Source of the DNA: Deltaproteobacteria bacterium
GTDB lineage: Bacteria; Myxococcota; Kuafuiibacteriia; Kuafuiibacteriales; Kuafuiibacteriaceae
Direction: 5' to 3'
NCBI GenBank assembly: GCA_040218735.1
Contig: JAVJQW010000067.1
Span: 128,001-192,000 of the forward strand
DNA: 64,000 bases
Numbering within the stretch: position 1 is the first letter of the stretch; the number at the start of each line of letters is the position of its first letter. The notes under the pieces are model-generated. The model was given only the letters and a program-made list of their open reading frames with translations. It had not been told where the DNA came from and searched no databases. Made by a program: the position numbers and the translations under genes. Positions 49,011 to 57,961 of the stretch are shown in pieces.

Positions 49011-49729
49011 GACTCGGACTCCCGAATCTCTTCGGCCGGCGGGACGACGATCTGGTAGCCCGCCTCCAGCGCGCCGGGATCGTCGAGGTCGTTGAGCGTC
49101 GCGAGGACGCGCCACCAGGACGGGTCACCGTAGTAGCGCGCGGCGATCTCGTCGAGGCGCTCGCCGGAGCCGTCGCCGGCGTCCTGGATCTCGTGGATGC
49201 GGACTTCACTCGAGGTGAGCGCCTCGGTGGAGGGGTTCGCTGGCGGTCGCGGCGTCGGTGCCTCGACGAGCTGCGGGACGTCGCGGACGAAGCGCATCGT
49301 CACCCACGACCGCGTCGGCACGCCCTCCGGGGTGAAGCGCTCCAGCCGCTCTGCGATCTCGACGATCACCCCCGGCACGTTCCACGCCTTGCCCCACACG
49401 AAGCGAACGAGCGGCGGTCGCCCGCGGCCCTGCTCGATGTCGATGTTCTCCGTGAGCGCCCACAGCGGCGCGGTGAGCGCGCGGACGTCCGGGCTGTCGA
49501 CGTTCGAACCTTCGATGCCGACGTCGAAGAGCAGCTCGAGGCGCAGCTCGGTGACGCCGCCGCCGGTGAAAAGGAGCGGGTCGTCGTTGCCGTCGGGGCG
49601 CGTGAGGTCGCCGCCGATCGAAGCGCGCTGCTTCACGCCCGCCCGGCGCCGGAACTCGACGGAGCTCGGGTTGAGGAGGCACGCGATGCGCCGATCGTTC
49701 TTGTCGATCAGGAAGCTCACCCGCTCCAT
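49007..49729 (-). CDS. CIS tube-initiator protein with C-terminal LysM-like domain (Afp7/Pvc7-like)
   Basis: CLLNPSS, LELLFD, PPLVRFVWG, ERF..EG.P.R; LysM-like GERLDEIAARYYGDPSWWR.LA..N.LDDP. Confidence 0.88.
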   Translation of the reverse strand: MERVSFLIDKNDRRIACLLNPSSVEFRRRAGVKQRASIGGDLTRPDGNDDPLLFTGGGVTELRLELLFDVGIEGSNVDSPDVRALTAPLWALTENIDIEQGRGRPPLVRFVWGKAWNVPGVIVEIAERLERFTPEGVPTRSWVTMRFVRDVPQLVEAPTPRPPANPSTEALTSSEVRIHEIQDAGDGSGERLDEIAARYYGDPSWWRVLATLNDLDDPGALEAGYQIVVPPAEEIRESES

Positions 49730-51222
49730 GCGCGGCCCTCCTGTTCACGGCGTCGCGCGGCGTCGGTGGTGCGGGCCTCGAGCCGGGTGAGCGCGGCGTC
49801 GGGCTCGGGCGGGGCTTCGCGCAACGGGAGCCAGCCGTCGTTTGTGTCGTCACGCGCGCCCTCGGAGGGGAGCGCCGGCCACGGGGAGGCGGCGCCGCTG
49901 AGGTCGAGGGGCGCGTAGGACGGTCGGTCGGCGGACGGAGGCCCGTGGTCTTTCGGGTGGCGCGAAGCGTCGGACTGCGGCGTTGCGTCCGAGCCCGAAG
50001 CGTCGGCCCACGGGGCGCGGGCGACCGCGGTCGTCTTCACGCGCCGCGCCGACGCCTGGGACGCGGACGTCCCCGCTGCGTCGCGTTCGTCCGATCGCGG
50101 CTGGTCTCGTTCCCGCAGATATCGCGCCCGCTGGTCTCGTGCCCGCTGGTCTCGTCCGAGTCCGTCGCGTTCACGCCGTGCCGTCTCGGCGACCCGCGGA
50201 GATGTCACGCCGTCGTCGGCTCCGGGCCGGACGCGAGCGCCGAAGTCTCCGCGCGCGCTGCCGATCGGCTTCGCGTCGTCATCGCCGACAACCCGAGCGA
50301 GCGCCTCGTTCCGTGGCGGGCCCTCGATCGAGTCGCCGCGCGCGACGGGACGAGCCGTCGGACGCGACGCCAACGGCCCGTCGTCCGCAGCCACCGTGTC
50401 GCGCGACTCGGCCGGGGGAGCTTCGGTCGCCGGCGCGCCCGATTCAGCTCCACCGAGGGGCGACGCGTCGGTCCGGCGTTCTCGCCGCGCGCTCGGCGCG
50501 ATGGCCTCACCCGTCGGCGCGCCGCGGATGGGAGCTCGTGGTTCGGGGGCCACCTCGTCAGCGCGTGACGCCGCGCCCGAGCCCGGCGCGCGGCGCGGAA
50601 AACCGCGCAGCTCCGCCGGTGCGCCACCCGAACGGGCGTCGCCAAGGCCACCCCCGATGCCGACCCGTTCGGCACGCGACCCACGAGCCTTCACTTGTCC
50701 CGAGGTGACGCGGCCCGCCGCACCCGCGTCCTGCGGACCGTCCACCGCTGCGGACGTCCCAGGCCGCGCTTCGCCGCTCCCACGGCGCGATGCACCGCGC
50801 TCGCCGACGCGCGGAGCCTTCACACCACGGTCCGACACCAGCGGGTCTTCGGGTTCGAGCCCCCGCGCGACGCCCAGCACCAGCGCGACGGCCCGCGCCA
50901 ACACGCCGTCCGACGCGATGTTCGGCGCGAGGTCCGCGATGCGTTGCGCAACGCCGTCGGGCCCGTCGTCGGGCGCCGCTTCGACCCCGTCCGGCGCCGC
51001 CGGCATCCACTCCGTCGGGTCGAGCCCCGCCCGTTCGATCCGCGCGAGCCAATCCGCGGGCGGACCGGTCCGCGCCGCGACGTGCGCCGCCCAGTCCTCG
51101 GGCGTCGCGGGTCGCGGTGGCGGTGGGGGCGGCGCGGGTTCGCGGACGGCGCGCTCGGCGAGATCCGCCGTGCGGCGCGCGGCGCGCGCAACCCAACGCA
51201 GGGCTCGATCGCGACGGCTCAT
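49717..51222 (-). CDS. Low-complexity Pro/Ala/Arg-rich protein in the CIS operon (tape-measure position)
   Basis: ATGA-coupled to the tube gene and overlapping the next gene by 13 nt; ordered-looking ends (PPADWLARI; PWPALP...RREQEGRAW) flank a disordered core. Confidence 0.6.
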   Translation of the reverse strand: MSRRDRALRWVARAARRTADLAERAVREPAPPPPPPRPATPEDWAAHVAARTGPPADWLARIERAGLDPTEWMPAAPDGVEAAPDDGPDGVAQRIADLAPNIASDGVLARAVALVLGVARGLEPEDPLVSDRGVKAPRVGERGASRRGSGEARPGTSAAVDGPQDAGAAGRVTSGQVKARGSRAERVGIGGGLGDARSGGAPAELRGFPRRAPGSGAASRADEVAPEPRAPIRGAPTGEAIAPSARRERRTDASPLGGAESGAPATEAPPAESRDTVAADDGPLASRPTARPVARGDSIEGPPRNEALARVVGDDDAKPIGSARGDFGARVRPGADDGVTSPRVAETARRERDGLGRDQRARDQRARYLRERDQPRSDERDAAGTSASQASARRVKTTAVARAPWADASGSDATPQSDASRHPKDHGPPSADRPSYAPLDLSGAASPWPALPSEGARDDTNDGWLPLREAPPEPDAALTRLEARTTDAARRREQEGRAWSG

Positions 51223-51725
51223 CCGCGCACGAGTCGGTCACACACCAACGTGATCGATTCGATCGCGAGCTCGCTGCCGGTCGCGTCGAGCGGCGTCCCG
51301 CGCCACTCACGCGGCCACGCCGCGATCAGATCCCAGCGCATCACTTCGCCGGTGCCCGCCGTGTCGAGCAACACGATCGACACGTTGCGCTGGTACTCCG
51401 CCTTCGGTTTGCCGCTGACGACGTCCTGCAGCCAGGTCCACAGCGCCTGGTCGTCGGTCAGGCCGTACCGCAGCGTGACGTCGGAGTACGAGACCTGCCC
51501 CGCGAGGCGCGTGACGTCGGTCGTCCCGCCCTCCCGGAACTCGATCGCCTCCACGCTCACGCCGAGCCCCGCGCACTGGGTGAAGTGCCCGAGGACCTGC
51601 GTCGACTCCTGCTGCGTCAGCTTGAAGTTGTACGCGCGATAAGGATCGACCCAGGCGCCGGTGCCCCCGTCCTGTCCTTCTTCCGCGTTGCCTTCGGTGT
51701 TCGCTTCGTCGGCTCCACTGCTCAT
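51219..51725 (-). CDS. CIS inner tube protein (T4 gp19 family, Afp1/5-like)
   Basis: DPYRAYNFKL, F.QC.GL......EFREGG, YSDVTLRYG, W.W, R...SIVLLD, W....AWP..W.G..LDA...E.AIESITL. Confidence 0.95.
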   Translation of the reverse strand: MSSGADEANTEGNAEEGQDGGTGAWVDPYRAYNFKLTQQESTQVLGHFTQCAGLGVSVEAIEFREGGTTDVTRLAGQVSYSDVTLRYGLTDDQALWTWLQDVVSGKPKAEYQRNVSIVLLDTAGTGEVMRWDLIAAWPREWRGTPLDATGSELAIESITLVCDRLVRG

Positions 51726-51737
51726 ATCGCTGACTCC

Positions 51738-52934
51738 TTACCCCTCGCCGCCCGCGTCTTCGACCTCGGCGCCCGCCGCGGTCTGACCGATCCGGAAGAT
51801 GATGAACTCTGCCGGCTTCACCGGCGCCAGGCCGATCACCGTTACGACCTGCCCCGCGTCGATCACCTCGGGCGGGTTCGTCTCCTCGTCGCACTGCACG
51901 AAGAACGCTTGCTCCGGCGTCGCCCCGCGCAGCGCACCGTCGCGCCACAGCCGCATCAAGAACGCGGTAACGTCGCGGCGGATGCTCTTCCACAGCGACT
52001 GGTCGTTCGGCTCGAAGACCACCCACCGCGTGCTCTCGGCGATCGACTCTTCGATCATGTTGAAGAGGCGCCGCACGTTGATGTAGCGCCACTCACTCGC
52101 CGCCGGCGCGAGCGTCCGGCCGCCCCACACGCGAATGCCCTCGCGCGTGAAGAACCGAATGCAGTTCACGCCGTTGTCGTTGAGGATGCCCTGCTCTTCG
52201 CGCGACACGCGGTACGACAGCGACAACGCACCGCGTACGCCCTCGTTCGCCGGCGCCTTGTGCACGCCGCGCTCGCCGTCGCTGCGCGCGTAGATGCCGG
52301 CGACGTGACCGGACGGCGGCGTGAACACCACCTGCCGCGTCGTCGCGAGCGGGTCCCGCACGCCGACCCACGGGAAGTAGAACGCGCCGAAGCCCCGGTC
52401 GGAGTTGCGCGGTCGCAGGCCCCCCGCGGGCACAATCTCCGCGTCGTCGTCCGCCGGCGGAGCGCCTTCCGTGGCGACCTCGGTGAGCGCCCGCAGGTCC
52501 GGCACGTCGAGCGGCGCGTCGAGGATCGCCACACGATCCTCCAGGCGCTCGCAGTGCCCGAGGAGCGATTCGTAGGCCGCCGCCCCGGTCGCGCCCGGCG
52601 CCGCGACGATCGCGATCTCGTCGATCCGACCGAGCGCTTCGAGGCCGGCGTCGAGCCGATCGATCGCCCCGACGTTCACCACGTACAGGTTCTTGCCGCC
52701 GTTGAGGAAGAAGCCCCAGACCGCGCGCGACAGGTCCGTCCCGGTGCTCGACTCGGAGCAGAACAGCCGCTTGAAGTGCTGCCAGTTGTTGACGCGCACC
52801 GCTTCGTCCAAGCGGCGCCGCGGCTCGGGGGCCACGCCGACGAAGCCGGCGGTGCTCGTCCCGACCGCGACGATCGGACGTGAGCCGCCGGAGATCTCTT
52901 CGACGTAGACGCCGGGGGTCGAGTAGTTCAGCAC
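51738..52934 (-). CDS. CIS contractile sheath protein (Afp2/3/4-like)
   Basis: YSTPGVYVEE, FFLNGG, R.AILD.P, YFPW, PPSGHVAGIYARSD..RGVHKAPANE, WGGRTL, YINVRRL, W.VFEPND, APVKPAEFIIFRI. Confidence 0.97.
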   Translation of the reverse strand: MLNYSTPGVYVEEISGGSRPIVAVGTSTAGFVGVAPEPRRRLDEAVRVNNWQHFKRLFCSESSTGTDLSRAVWGFFLNGGKNLYVVNVGAIDRLDAGLEALGRIDEIAIVAAPGATGAAAYESLLGHCERLEDRVAILDAPLDVPDLRALTEVATEGAPPADDDAEIVPAGGLRPRNSDRGFGAFYFPWVGVRDPLATTRQVVFTPPSGHVAGIYARSDGERGVHKAPANEGVRGALSLSYRVSREEQGILNDNGVNCIRFFTREGIRVWGGRTLAPAASEWRYINVRRLFNMIEESIAESTRWVVFEPNDQSLWKSIRRDVTAFLMRLWRDGALRGATPEQAFFVQCDEETNPPEVIDAGQVVTVIGLAPVKPAEFIIFRIGQTAAGAEVEDAGGEG

Positions 52935-52935
52935 G

Positions 52936-53613
52936 TCATTCCTCCAGTTCGAACTGCACCCGCACCGGCTCGCGGCCGTCTGCGGGGGTCAAGGCGAGCT
53001 TCTGCGTGCGGCCCTTCGCCGTCACGACCAGCTCGAAGGATTGGTCGGCGGGCACCGCGTCGAAGCGGAACCGCCCTCTCGGATCGGCGCGGGCCGTCAG
53101 GTTCAGCGTCGGGATCGACGCGACCGCCCCGGCCAGCGGAATCGACTCGGGCCCCTGCACGACGCCGCGCAACACTCGCGTCGTCGTCAACGCGACGCGC
53201 AGCGGCGTGCGCACGAGCTTCGCCGGGTGAATCGCGCGCGCCTTCGTCGCGAGGAGCGACAGGCTGAACGCGGGACGCGGACGACAGCCGAACGCCGACC
53301 ACTGATCGAGCGCGATCGGATCGTAGTCGATCGTCGCGTCTTCGTGATCGAGCGCGGCCTCCAACACCTGCGACAGCAGCTCGTGCGCGCGGCGGGTCTG
53401 CTCCGCCCAGGTCGTCACGAGGTACCGGCCCCTAAACGCGACCGGCGGGCGGTTCGGGCCCCGCATCGGCTTCTGCTCGTCGAACCCGAGCAGCGCGAGC
53501 GAGACGCCCTCCCCGGCCAGGTCGTCCGACGGGGCGTCGAGCGTCACGGCGACATTGCCGCGCACGACCTCCTGCACCCACGCGACGATCTGGTCGTCGA
53601 GCTCGACGATCAT
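52936..53613 (-). CDS. Pvc16/Afp16 (DUF4255)-like cap protein with C-terminal carboxypeptidase-regulatory-like domain
   Basis: ATG 53613 (ATGA overlap); LD..I..W...., VSL.LL, RYLVTTWA, W.AFG..PRP; C-terminal LRGVVQGP...PLAGA...D.RGRFRF; directly upstream of the sheath. Confidence 0.78.
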   Translation of the reverse strand: MIVELDDQIVAWVQEVVRGNVAVTLDAPSDDLAGEGVSLALLGFDEQKPMRGPNRPPVAFRGRYLVTTWAEQTRRAHELLSQVLEAALDHEDATIDYDPIALDQWSAFGCRPRPAFSLSLLATKARAIHPAKLVRTPLRVALTTTRVLRGVVQGPESIPLAGAVASIPTLNLTARADPRGRFRFDAVPADQSFELVVTAKGRTQKLALTPADGREPVRVQFELEE

Positions 53614-54791
53614 CGACGCCTCCAGGCGAGCAGCCCGAGCACCAGCCAGGCGACTCCGCTCCCGCTCCCCGTCCGCGACGTCGAGCAACCACAGCCGTCG
53701 TCCTTCGGCGCCTCCGTCGAGCCCGTCGAACCGGTGGGACCGCGCGCCGCGGTCTGCGTGCCGGCGTCCCGGTTCTCGATGCTGGCCTCCACGTCCGGCT
53801 CCTCGAACAGCTCCAGCTTCAGGCGATACGGCCCCGAGCGCTCGACGTCGGAGCGATCCGTCCACGTGTCGGTGACGAGGTAGTAGGTCCCGGCGTCGAG
53901 CACGACGTTCAGCGACTTGTCCGCGCGCTTCACACACGCCTCCGCCTTCGGGGCGGAGAGGACGTGGAGGTCCACGTCGACGAACTTCGGGACCTCGACC
54001 GAAGCGAGCAGCCGGCTCTTCTTCGGGACCGCGAACCGATACACGTACTCCTTACCACTCTCGTCCGCGTGCGCTTTGCAGCTGTAGCTGTCGAAGGTGT
54101 CGCTGCACGCGAGGAACATCGAGCGCTGCTCTTCGAACGGGAACGACGACACCACGATCGGCTTCGCGACCGTCCCCTCACACGCCGGCGGCCCCGCCTG
54201 GATGTGTTTGTAACGCACGGGCCGGTAGCCGTTCAGGTACGACCAGCTCGCGTGGTGATGCAGCCGTACGCGCCCCGGCCCTCCGGCCGCTTCGTAGAAG
54301 ATCGGCACGCCGTCGTTTCGCGTCCCGGCGAACAGGACGACGTGGTTGCCCGCCTTGTTGAGCGCGTCCCCCGCCTCGAGGTCCTCGAAGTCGATCGTCT
54401 CGGTCACCTGGTGCAGCGTCGATGTGGAGTATTTCTTCGACGTCCCCCACGCGAGCGACACGAGCCCCGAGCAGTCCACGCCCGCGACGCACTTCAGGAC
54501 GCCGTGTTTCTTGTGCGAGCCCGCGCCGTGTCCGCGGCCGATCTTGTCGACGAAAGCCTCGACCTCGTCGTAGCCGCCCCACTTGTACGGCATCCCGCGG
54601 TGGCTGCCGGGTTGGTAGTCACTCTTGTACGACGACGGGCACGTGCAGCCGGTGCAGTCGCTCGATTCGAGGTCCCACTCCAGGTCGACGAACCGATCGA
54701 CACGCTCCAGGACCTGCTTGCGCGACAGCGGCTCCGCGTTTGCGACGCACGGGACCGCGAGCAGCACGGCGAGGACCTCAAGGCGCCGCAT
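53610..54791 (-). CDS. Secreted NlpC/P60-like cysteine hydrolase with PPC-like domain and MYXO-CTERM anchor
   Basis: Signal peptide; GMPYKWGG, GVDCSGLVS, LEAGDALN..GNHVVLF (catalytic Cys/His); DVDLHVL...AGTYYLV.D; C-terminal GCGC + TM + RRR. Confidence 0.85.
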   Translation of the reverse strand: MRRLEVLAVLLAVPCVANAEPLSRKQVLERVDRFVDLEWDLESSDCTGCTCPSSYKSDYQPGSHRGMPYKWGGYDEVEAFVDKIGRGHGAGSHKKHGVLKCVAGVDCSGLVSLAWGTSKKYSTSTLHQVTETIDFEDLEAGDALNKAGNHVVLFAGTRNDGVPIFYEAAGGPGRVRLHHHASWSYLNGYRPVRYKHIQAGPPACEGTVAKPIVVSSFPFEEQRSMFLACSDTFDSYSCKAHADESGKEYVYRFAVPKKSRLLASVEVPKFVDVDLHVLSAPKAEACVKRADKSLNVVLDAGTYYLVTDTWTDRSDVERSGPYRLKLELFEEPDVEASIENRDAGTQTAARGPTGSTGSTEAPKDDGCGCSTSRTGSGSGVAWLVLGLLAWRRR

Positions 54792-55797
54792 ACTTCAGCA
54801 CCTTCACGCGATCGACGTACGGCAACATGACGAACACGTTGCCGTCCTCGTCGATGTCGATGTCCTTGTCCGGGATGAGCACGTCGTCGACCGGGAGCTC
54901 GAACGTGCGCAGCGGTTTCAGATCCTTGTCGAGCACGCGCACGAAGCGCCGCACCGCGATCGCGCCGTCCTTCATCGACACCATCTCGATGCGCACGAAC
55001 GTGCGCTTCTTCTTGTCGGTCGACAGGTGCGTCACGGACGCCAGCTTCCCGGGCGCGGGCGGGCTGATCTCGATCTCCTTCGTCGGCTGGTTCCGTGCGC
55101 CGGCGAAGCTCCTCAGAGACGCCGTGCCGCGCTTCATCACGACTTCGGTCGACCCGGAGCGCGTCGCCGTGCGGCGGTGCGCCATCCGCGTCAGCTTGAG
55201 CCGCTGCGGCGGCGGAGGCGGCGGCGCGACGTGGGTCATCGGCCCGATCAGCGATCGCGCACGTCGGGGCAGCGTGCGTTTGTCGATCTCGTAGCTTCCG
55301 TCCTGCTCCTCGACGACGACCCGCCCGCTCGCGATCCGGCGCAGCCCCTTGAATCGCTTCAGCCGGTTCGCGAGCAAGCGCTCCACGCCGCCACGGTCAT
55401 CGACCATCCACAGCTGCGCGTCCTTCGCGTCGAACAGGACCACGCGCCCGTCACCGACGTGCGCCGCGTCCGAGACAGTGCGCGCGATCGGCAGCTTCGA
55501 ACGGCGCACGATGCGTTTGTTGTTCAGGACGACGGCGCGGTCCTTTTCACCGTCGACGATCAGCACCTCGCCCTTCGGCATCGCGATGATCGCCGAAGGC
55601 CCGCGCGCCCGCTCTTCGTTGCGTCCGGCGTGCACCCCGAGCGCGTCGTCGGCGTTACCGGTCGGAATCTCGGCGACGACCTGCTGCCGCCACGGCGCGC
55701 GAATCAGGCGCATGTTGGTGGGCGGTATCTGCGCCCACGCCTGGCCGCCGAGCATCACGCCCAGCAGCGCGACACACCCCGTCCTCACCCAACCCAC
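54778..55797 (-). CDS. Exported protein, possible NHL/beta-propeller-like fold
   Basis: Signal peptide ending AWA-Q; GPSAIIA..KGEVLIVD; DIDIDEDGNVFVM; overlaps the downstream gene by 14 nt. Confidence 0.7.
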   Translation of the reverse strand: MGWVRTGCVALLGVMLGGQAWAQIPPTNMRLIRAPWRQQVVAEIPTGNADDALGVHAGRNEERARGPSAIIAMPKGEVLIVDGEKDRAVVLNNKRIVRRSKLPIARTVSDAAHVGDGRVVLFDAKDAQLWMVDDRGGVERLLANRLKRFKGLRRIASGRVVVEEQDGSYEIDKRTLPRRARSLIGPMTHVAPPPPPPQRLKLTRMAHRRTATRSGSTEVVMKRGTASLRSFAGARNQPTKEIEISPPAPGKLASVTHLSTDKKKRTFVRIEMVSMKDGAIAVRRFVRVLDKDLKPLRTFELPVDDVLIPDKDIDIDEDGNVFVMLPYVDRVKVLKYAAP

Positions 55798-55889
55798 CGC
55801 GGGGAGTTCGTAACACGGGGCCTGAATCTGACAAAGATGGCCGGGCCCGATCGCGCGCCCGTGTCATCGGCCGCGACGAACGTGAACGA

Positions 55890-57812
55890 CTACTGTTCGA
55901 ACGTGGCGAAGTCCGTCTCTTGGAGCTGCACCGCGGCCACGTCCGGGATGCGCACGTCCGGCGGCAGGTACTGAATTCGGAGCTGCGCGACGTGGAAGAT
56001 GCCGTAGCCCTCCAGGTCGCCGTCGGGGACCTGGCCGAAGTAGACGTCGATGTCGTTGTTCCCAGGCCCGAAACCTCGGTCGAGGGTGTCGACCAGCGTG
56101 ATGTTGCTGACCCGCATGTCGTAGCAGGAGCGCAGGTCCATCGTCGGGCCGAGGTCCGTCGTGCGGTACCGGTAGGCGAGCTCGGCGCGCACCGTCGCGT
56201 CGTTCGAAGCCGCGTCGGTGTGCGCGCGGATCTCGCGGCCGTTGTTGACGCCGTCGATGTCGAGGTCGTCGAGGTTGTCGTTGAAGATGATGTTGGTCCC
56301 GGCGCGGAACTCGATGCCGTCCGGGAAGCCGTCCGCGTCGGTGTCGAACAGGGTGCGGTCGGAGGCGAGCAACCGCTCCTCGCAGTCGCGCAGGCCGTCG
56401 CCGTCCGTGTCGAGCGTGGGGTCCTCGCAGTCGTCGAGGACGTTGGGCGCCACCGGATCCATCCCGAGCGGGCGCAGCAGGTGCTCGAGCTTGTCGTTGA
56501 AGAAGTCGAAGTCCGTGTCCGCGTTGAGCGGATCGAGCCCCGCGATCAGCGCTTCCTCCGCGTCGGAGAGGCCATCCGCGTCGCTGTCCGGCTCGAACCC
56601 GTTCAGCGTGGGGATCGCGTTGCGGTTGTAGACGAGGAACTCCTTCAGCACGAACAGCCGCTGCGTGCTGCGGAAGTCGATGTGCGCGAAGTTGATCTGG
56701 TCCGCCGAGGCGAAGCGCTCGTAGCGCCCGCCCGCCGCGAGGGACATCGAGAGGCCGAGCGTCTCCGCCCGACACGACGAACGGCACGAGGTCTCACACA
56801 TCCCGTTGTTGCAGTTGTACGGGTACGCAGGGTCGGCGCAGTCCATCACGGTCCCGTCGCGGTCGTTGTCGACGCCGTCGAAGCAGTCGAGCTCGTCGCG
56901 CGCGCAGAAGTTGATCGTCGTGCCGTCGGGCAGGTCCGTGATCGCACACGTGGTGCGCAGCGGATCCGTCACACACGCCGGCGCGTTCGGGTCACACAGC
57001 TCGACGCAGCGCCCGACGTCCGCGCGTCCGCCGGACTGCACACACACCGTCCCGGCCATGCACGTCGGCATCGGATCACGCGGATCGCAGGGGGCCCCTT
57101 CGACGTGCGCCTGCTCGAGGTGCACGGTGTGGAACGCGAACTCTGCCGCGCCGAGATCGAGGACGGTGTCGCGGATGTCGCGCACCGCCTTCGTGAAGAA
57201 CGCGACCTCGCAGTTCGGCGGCTGCACGTCGAACAGATCGCGGCAGCGGTCGGGCGTGATGGGCGGCGCCGGGGAGCCGTTCGTGATGTGCACGACGACG
57301 TACTTGGTGCGCGACAGCGGGCCGAGCTCCGCCTGGAAGGCGTCGCCGGTGATGATGCTCTCGGCGAGGGACATCGCCGACGCGAGGTCGCGCGCGCCCG
57401 CGGCGTTTCGGAGCGCGGCGACGGCGCCGTCGATCAGCGCGTCGTCGCGCGAGAAGCCCGAGGTGATGCGACCCATCTGCTCGCTGATCAGCGACGTCGC
57501 GTTGGTGTCGTAGCGGATGACGCCGACGAAGACGTTGTTGATCGGGAGGAACTGACTGATCGTCTGCTCGATCGCGGTGACGTGCTCCGCGAGCGGCGCG
57601 GCCTCCGCCATCGGACCGCTGCCGTCGACGATGAAGAGAATCTTCACCGGGAACTTGCGCGTCGCCGGGTTGTCCGTGCACAGCACGCCGGTGACGGTGA
57701 GCTTGTCCGCGAGGAGCGGCTCCTGCCCGAGCTTGCCGTACAGCGATCGGTCCGTGCAGGACACGAGCGACAGCGCGGCGCCGAGGAGACAGACGTGAGC
57801 CAGGCGGGCCAC
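55890..57812 (-). CDS. Third VWA / thrombospondin type-3-like lipoprotein (MtsD/E paralogue) with Cys-rich insertion
   Basis: Lipobox LVSC; FPVKILFIVDGSGPM; TKYVV; INF..IDF.S..R.F.LK; DSDADGLSD repeats; shares LAYRYRT/CYD.RV.NITL with the 15-19 kb paralogues. Confidence 0.85.
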   Translation of the reverse strand: MARLAHVCLLGAALSLVSCTDRSLYGKLGQEPLLADKLTVTGVLCTDNPATRKFPVKILFIVDGSGPMAEAAPLAEHVTAIEQTISQFLPINNVFVGVIRYDTNATSLISEQMGRITSGFSRDDALIDGAVAALRNAAGARDLASAMSLAESIITGDAFQAELGPLSRTKYVVVHITNGSPAPPITPDRCRDLFDVQPPNCEVAFFTKAVRDIRDTVLDLGAAEFAFHTVHLEQAHVEGAPCDPRDPMPTCMAGTVCVQSGGRADVGRCVELCDPNAPACVTDPLRTTCAITDLPDGTTINFCARDELDCFDGVDNDRDGTVMDCADPAYPYNCNNGMCETSCRSSCRAETLGLSMSLAAGGRYERFASADQINFAHIDFRSTQRLFVLKEFLVYNRNAIPTLNGFEPDSDADGLSDAEEALIAGLDPLNADTDFDFFNDKLEHLLRPLGMDPVAPNVLDDCEDPTLDTDGDGLRDCEERLLASDRTLFDTDADGFPDGIEFRAGTNIIFNDNLDDLDIDGVNNGREIRAHTDAASNDATVRAELAYRYRTTDLGPTMDLRSCYDMRVSNITLVDTLDRGFGPGNNDIDVYFGQVPDGDLEGYGIFHVAQLRIQYLPPDVRIPDVAAVQLQETDFATFEQ

Positions 57813-57961
57813 GACGTCACGATAACAAAGGTCGAGCGCGTTCCAACCCTCACACCGCGATTACGACGTGCGCCCGGGGCTTTGGGCCCCCACCCTTGCA
57901 TTCGTCCTCTCGTTCGCGCCGTGCTTTCGCCCCTCGCGGCGGATGAGTATGCTCGACGCCG

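Noticed and set aside
43721-52934. Prophage or phage tail remnant
   Set aside because: No capsid, portal, terminase, integrase or lysis genes. The Pvc16-like, tube-initiator/LysM and baseplate gene types and their order match CIS loci.
43721-53613. Canonical type VI secretion system
   Set aside because: Single-gene phage-type sheath and gp19 tube rather than TssB/TssC and Hcp; no TssJ/L/M, TssK or ClpV recognisable.
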